Shown: one piece after another, positions 60,601 to 64,000 of the stretch
How positions within the stretch are numbered: position 1 is the stretch's first letter
How the letters are laid out: the number at the start of each line of letters is the position of its first letter
Assembly: GCA_026023565.1 (NCBI GenBank)
Contig: JAPETS010000017.1
Location: forward strand, 558,001-622,000
Length of the DNA stretch: 64,000 nucleotides
Reading direction: 5' to 3'
From: Cirrosporium novae-zelandiae
Taxonomy: Eukaryota
Notes under the pieces: generated by a model
What the model was told of the DNA's origin: nothing
Seen by the model: the letters and a program-made list of their open reading frames with translations, nothing else
The model's database searches: none
Made by a program: the position numbers and the translations under genes

Positions 60601-63125
60601 TAAAACAATGAATAATCATCATTATCAATAAAATCAAAATCTAAAAATATATTTGAGATATTATATAAATAAAAACTAAAATAATTAGATTAAATTATTC
60701 GTAAACGTATAATATACGTATAATAATAATATAAATATTTAAATAGGAATAATTCTATTTAATCGATATTATAAATTTAAACCAAATTTACGTATAAATA
60801 TCGAGAACGATATTCCTGAAAAAAAAATATTAGTAGCGAAAAAATTTACAGAACGTTTATAATCCGAAAAAAATAAAAAACTCTGGGAACGCGTATAAAA
60901 TACGGTAAAAAAATATTACGACCGAAAATATAAATAGAAATCATATAATATTAAAAACGAAATATTATTATCGACGTAATATTTTCGTTTATATAAATTA
61001 AATAAAAAATTTAGCGATAAATTTATAAATTTATTTAAAATAATTAATATTATAAAATAAAATATATATAATTTATAATTATTATTTATATATAACCGTA
61101 TTTATAAAATATTCTATATATTATTATTAGAATTATACCACCGAAAAAATAAAAAATTTTTTCTAGGATTTATAGAAATAGAAAATAAAAAAAAATATAT
61201 TATAAAACGTGTGCTAAACGAATATATCTATAAAGAAATACGAGAATTCCTAATAAAATAAAAAAGATAGGACGAGAAATAAAATAATTGGTAATCGGAA
61301 AAAATTTTTAAATATTTCTAAAAAGATATTAAAGAATACAGAGAAAAAAAATAAATTCAAAAAAAATTATAAAAAATAAAATAATATTTCTATCGAAAAT
61401 AAAATACACGATAGAAACGGGATATCCGTAAAAAAACCGTAATTATATAATAGAAATATAAAAACCCGAAATATATTATTTATATTATTATTATTTATAC
61501 GAAATATATTAGAATTCTAATTTTTTTTTTATTTATATTTTCTATAGTTTTATTATTACGAAAAAAATTTTATTAAACGGAAATAAAAATAAAAATAATA
61601 AAAAAACTACCGCGCGAACGTATAAAAAATTATTGAATATTTTCGGTCTAGCTCCACCTAAACTAAATAAAAAAAAATTATATTATAAATATTAGAAATA
61701 TAAATATAATAAAAAAAAAATATATTTATTATTATATAATATATATTAACACTTACGCGGACCGCGTGGACAAATTCGGCCAAAATAATATTTTTTAAGA
61801 AAAGAACAAAAGAACCAATAAAAATCGCAGAAAAAATACGCGATCGTTTTAAAATATTTACTATTATTATTTTAATTTTAGAAACGTTTTATATATTAAA
61901 ATCTAACGTATAAACGTATTTAATAAATAATTTTAAAATTTTATTTATTAAATCTGTTAAATATCGAACCGATTCTAATCGAAAATTAAAAACGGTATTT
62001 TTTAAAAAAATAAAAATCTAAATAAACGTTATTATTATAATAAATATACGAAAAATATAAAAATATTTACCGAAATATAAATATATTTCAATTTTATATA
62101 ATAATTATATTTCCGATAATCCAGTTTAATTATATATATTAAATTTAATCTATTATTTTTATTATCCCGAATTATACGATAGATATATTTTTAATATTAA
62201 TAGTATATTCGTTTACGGCTCGATTTAATAATATAATAAAAAAAATCAAAAAAATTATTAGAACGGCGAAATAAATCGTTATTTTTATTTTTAATAATAG
62301 AATCAGTTTTTTTTTAAAAAATAATTGGCGTTTTATTTGCGACAGACCTACGAATAATAGAAAAACGGGGAATTATTTTTATAAAATAAAATACTAAAAA
62401 ATAAAATAATAATTAAAAATAAAAAATAAAAAACGTAATTAAAAATTATAAATAAAATAAATATAAAATAAATAAAAAATTAAAAATTAAAAAAAATATA
62501 AAAAAAAATTATAAAAAAAATTTATTATTTAAATATAAATAAAATATATAATAATAATATTAATATTATAATATATTAAATTATAAAATTTACGTTTTTT
62601 ATAATATTTATTATTATTTAATTTATATTATTTATTAATATAATAATTTAATATTGTTATTATTATTATTTTTTTTTTTTTATTTTATTATTATAATTAT
62701 ATATTAATATAATATCCAAAAATCTATATATTATAGATTCCATTTAATAAATTATGAATTTGGCTAGATTTTTTTATACGTATCGCAAGAAATAGTTTAT
62801 CGTATATACAATAATAAAAATAATTATTCTATATAGAGATTTAAAATTAAATTTTTTTGGAAAAAAAATAATTATAACGGTGTATTAAATATATACGTTT
62901 CGTAAACGTATAGACGAGATTTGGCGCGTAATCAAATCTTTATATAGAAGAACGCTGCTTAATTTATTAAAATAACGTTCGATTTTTATATTTATAAAAA
63001 AAATATTTCGAAAACTATTATTATTATTTACGTTTTGTATATAAATAGCACGTTATACCTATTAGTTATATATTCTATTGCCTCACTAGTCTACCACACT
63101 GCCTGTACTAAGCGCTGCCTTTACA
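54656..63125 (+). mobile_element. RIP-degraded chromodomain Gypsy element, 3' portion (integrase split by the LINE; chromodomain about 61180-61310; 3' LTR 62873-63125)
   Basis: INIDFIIKL...LIVVDRYSK, IISDR and YSQIDG*IEK*NQ | LKIYLRYYIN (integrase core); KKFSDKFINLFKI...IFYILLLE (GPF module); EFLIK*KR*DEK*NNW (chromodomain); purine tract followed by an LTR ending ACA. Linking the LTR to this pol fragment is inferred from order and orientation. Confidence 0.8.
54990..60626 (+). mobile_element. Full-length (~5.6 kb) RIP-degraded Tad1-like LINE
   Basis: 14-bp TSD AATAAAATCAAAAT (54976-54989 / 60627-60640) and a 3' (ATC)n tail. Relics: ORF1 zinc knuckle LKYINCLGPYIATDGRYPA (about 56775-56830), APE endonuclease KIL*YN...DIILL*K (about 57080-57180), and RT FRLI and NYNDNL (about 59150). 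Confidence 0.88.
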
Positions 63126-64000
63126 CTGTTTCTGGATCGTTTTTCCCCCCGTGTCCGGGTTCTATCTATTTTTAATCCAGGTACGTTTCACGATTTTTTA
63201 TTTCGTATCTAATCCAGTATTAGGGTTTTTTTATCTCCGTATCGCCTAAAAAACGTATCTAATTTTTAAAAAATTTTCGGTTTTTTAATACGAATACCAG
63301 CTTTTTTTTTTCGGCTATATTGGGTTATTGACCCCCCCGTTTTTCTATTACCCTCCGCAAACGGGCTCTAACCGCTCTCTAGCGCGGATATATTAATATT
63401 AAATAGGGTATATTTTGATATAAAATCTTATATTATTAATATTCCAGGATAATAATAATTTTCGTATAATATATATATTTTTTAATAACGGCGTATCCCG
63501 TTTTTATTTAATAGAATTTATTTATTAGTTTTTTAGGCGTATATTTTAATACCCGATTTTTTTTATATTTTAAATATATTCGATAAAATTTATTAAACGA
63601 TTTTTTTATTTTTTAATTATATAATTAATTATATATTTTTATAATCCGTTTTTCCGTTATATTACGGGTTATATAGATTAATAAAATTTATTCGATTATT
63701 TTATTATTTTTTAATATTATATTTATTTTAGCCGTTTAATTTATTATTTCGTTTTTTAATATTTTATAATATTTTAGAATTTATTAAATAACGATTTTCG
63801 TTTTTTAATTTATTAAATATTTAATATATTTATATATTTTTTATACGATTATTTAATTTTTTTTTAATTTTTTTTTTCGATCCGTTTAATAACCGTTTAC
63901 GAATTAAATAATATTATTATTTTTTTTTTAAAAATTTTATAATTATTTAGATATATTTTAATTATTATTTATAAAATCGTTTATATTTTTTAAAATTTTA
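63126..64000 (-). mobile_element. Inverted partial copy of the same LINE (runs off the window)
   Basis: Reverse complement of about 59400-60290 with independent transition differences. Confidence 0.9.

Larger units (their letters stand above)
52444..64000. repeat. AT-rich RIP-mutated transposon block (continues past the window end)
   Basis: Abrupt collapse of G+C, TpA excess, no long ORFs, and several mutually homologous segments that differ almost only by C>T/G>A. Confidence 0.95.

Noticed and set aside
52444..64000. AT-rich block as a mitochondrial insertion, contaminant or alternative-code DNA
   Set aside because: Contains retroelement motifs, TSDs and paired copies differing by transitions, all explained by RIP; no organellar genes recognised.

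Overview
Filamentous ascomycete (Pezizomycotina-like) nuclear DNA in two sharply separated compartments. (1) 1-52.3 kb is gene-dense and intron-rich. It holds about 20 protein-coding genes: RPT5, a rhomboid protease, trimethyllysine dioxygenase, a peroxisomal MaoC dehydratase, PRP4 kinase, TMA7, a Ran1/Pat1-like kinase, a PAQR/IZH protein, DPM1, a TRAPPC12-like protein, a DUF1749 hydrolase, VPS35, a secreted protein with repeated KR sites, a Zn2Cys6 factor, a carboxylesterase and a TFIIIC WD40 subunit, plus hypotheticals. It also holds an intron-containing tRNA-Arg(CCG) and two decayed genes (an SDR and a RapZ-C-like relic). (2) 52.4-64 kb is an extremely AT-rich, RIP-mutated nest of transposons that can still be reconstructed. 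A full-length ~5.6 kb Tad1-like LINE with a 14-bp target-site duplication (TSD) and (ATC)n tail sits inside the integrase of a chromodomain Gypsy element. Around it are three more LINE pieces, several LTRs (one solo LTR with a perfect 5-bp TSD) and a 169-bp TA-flanked MITE. I found no unambiguous new biological system. The best leads are two stop-free 3n introns in the splicing kinase PRP4, a candidate Kex2-processed repeat precursor, a RIP spectrum that spares CpG and CCG, and an unexplained 1.5 kb 3' region in the Gypsy element. Family assignments come from motif recognition by eye, not from database searches.
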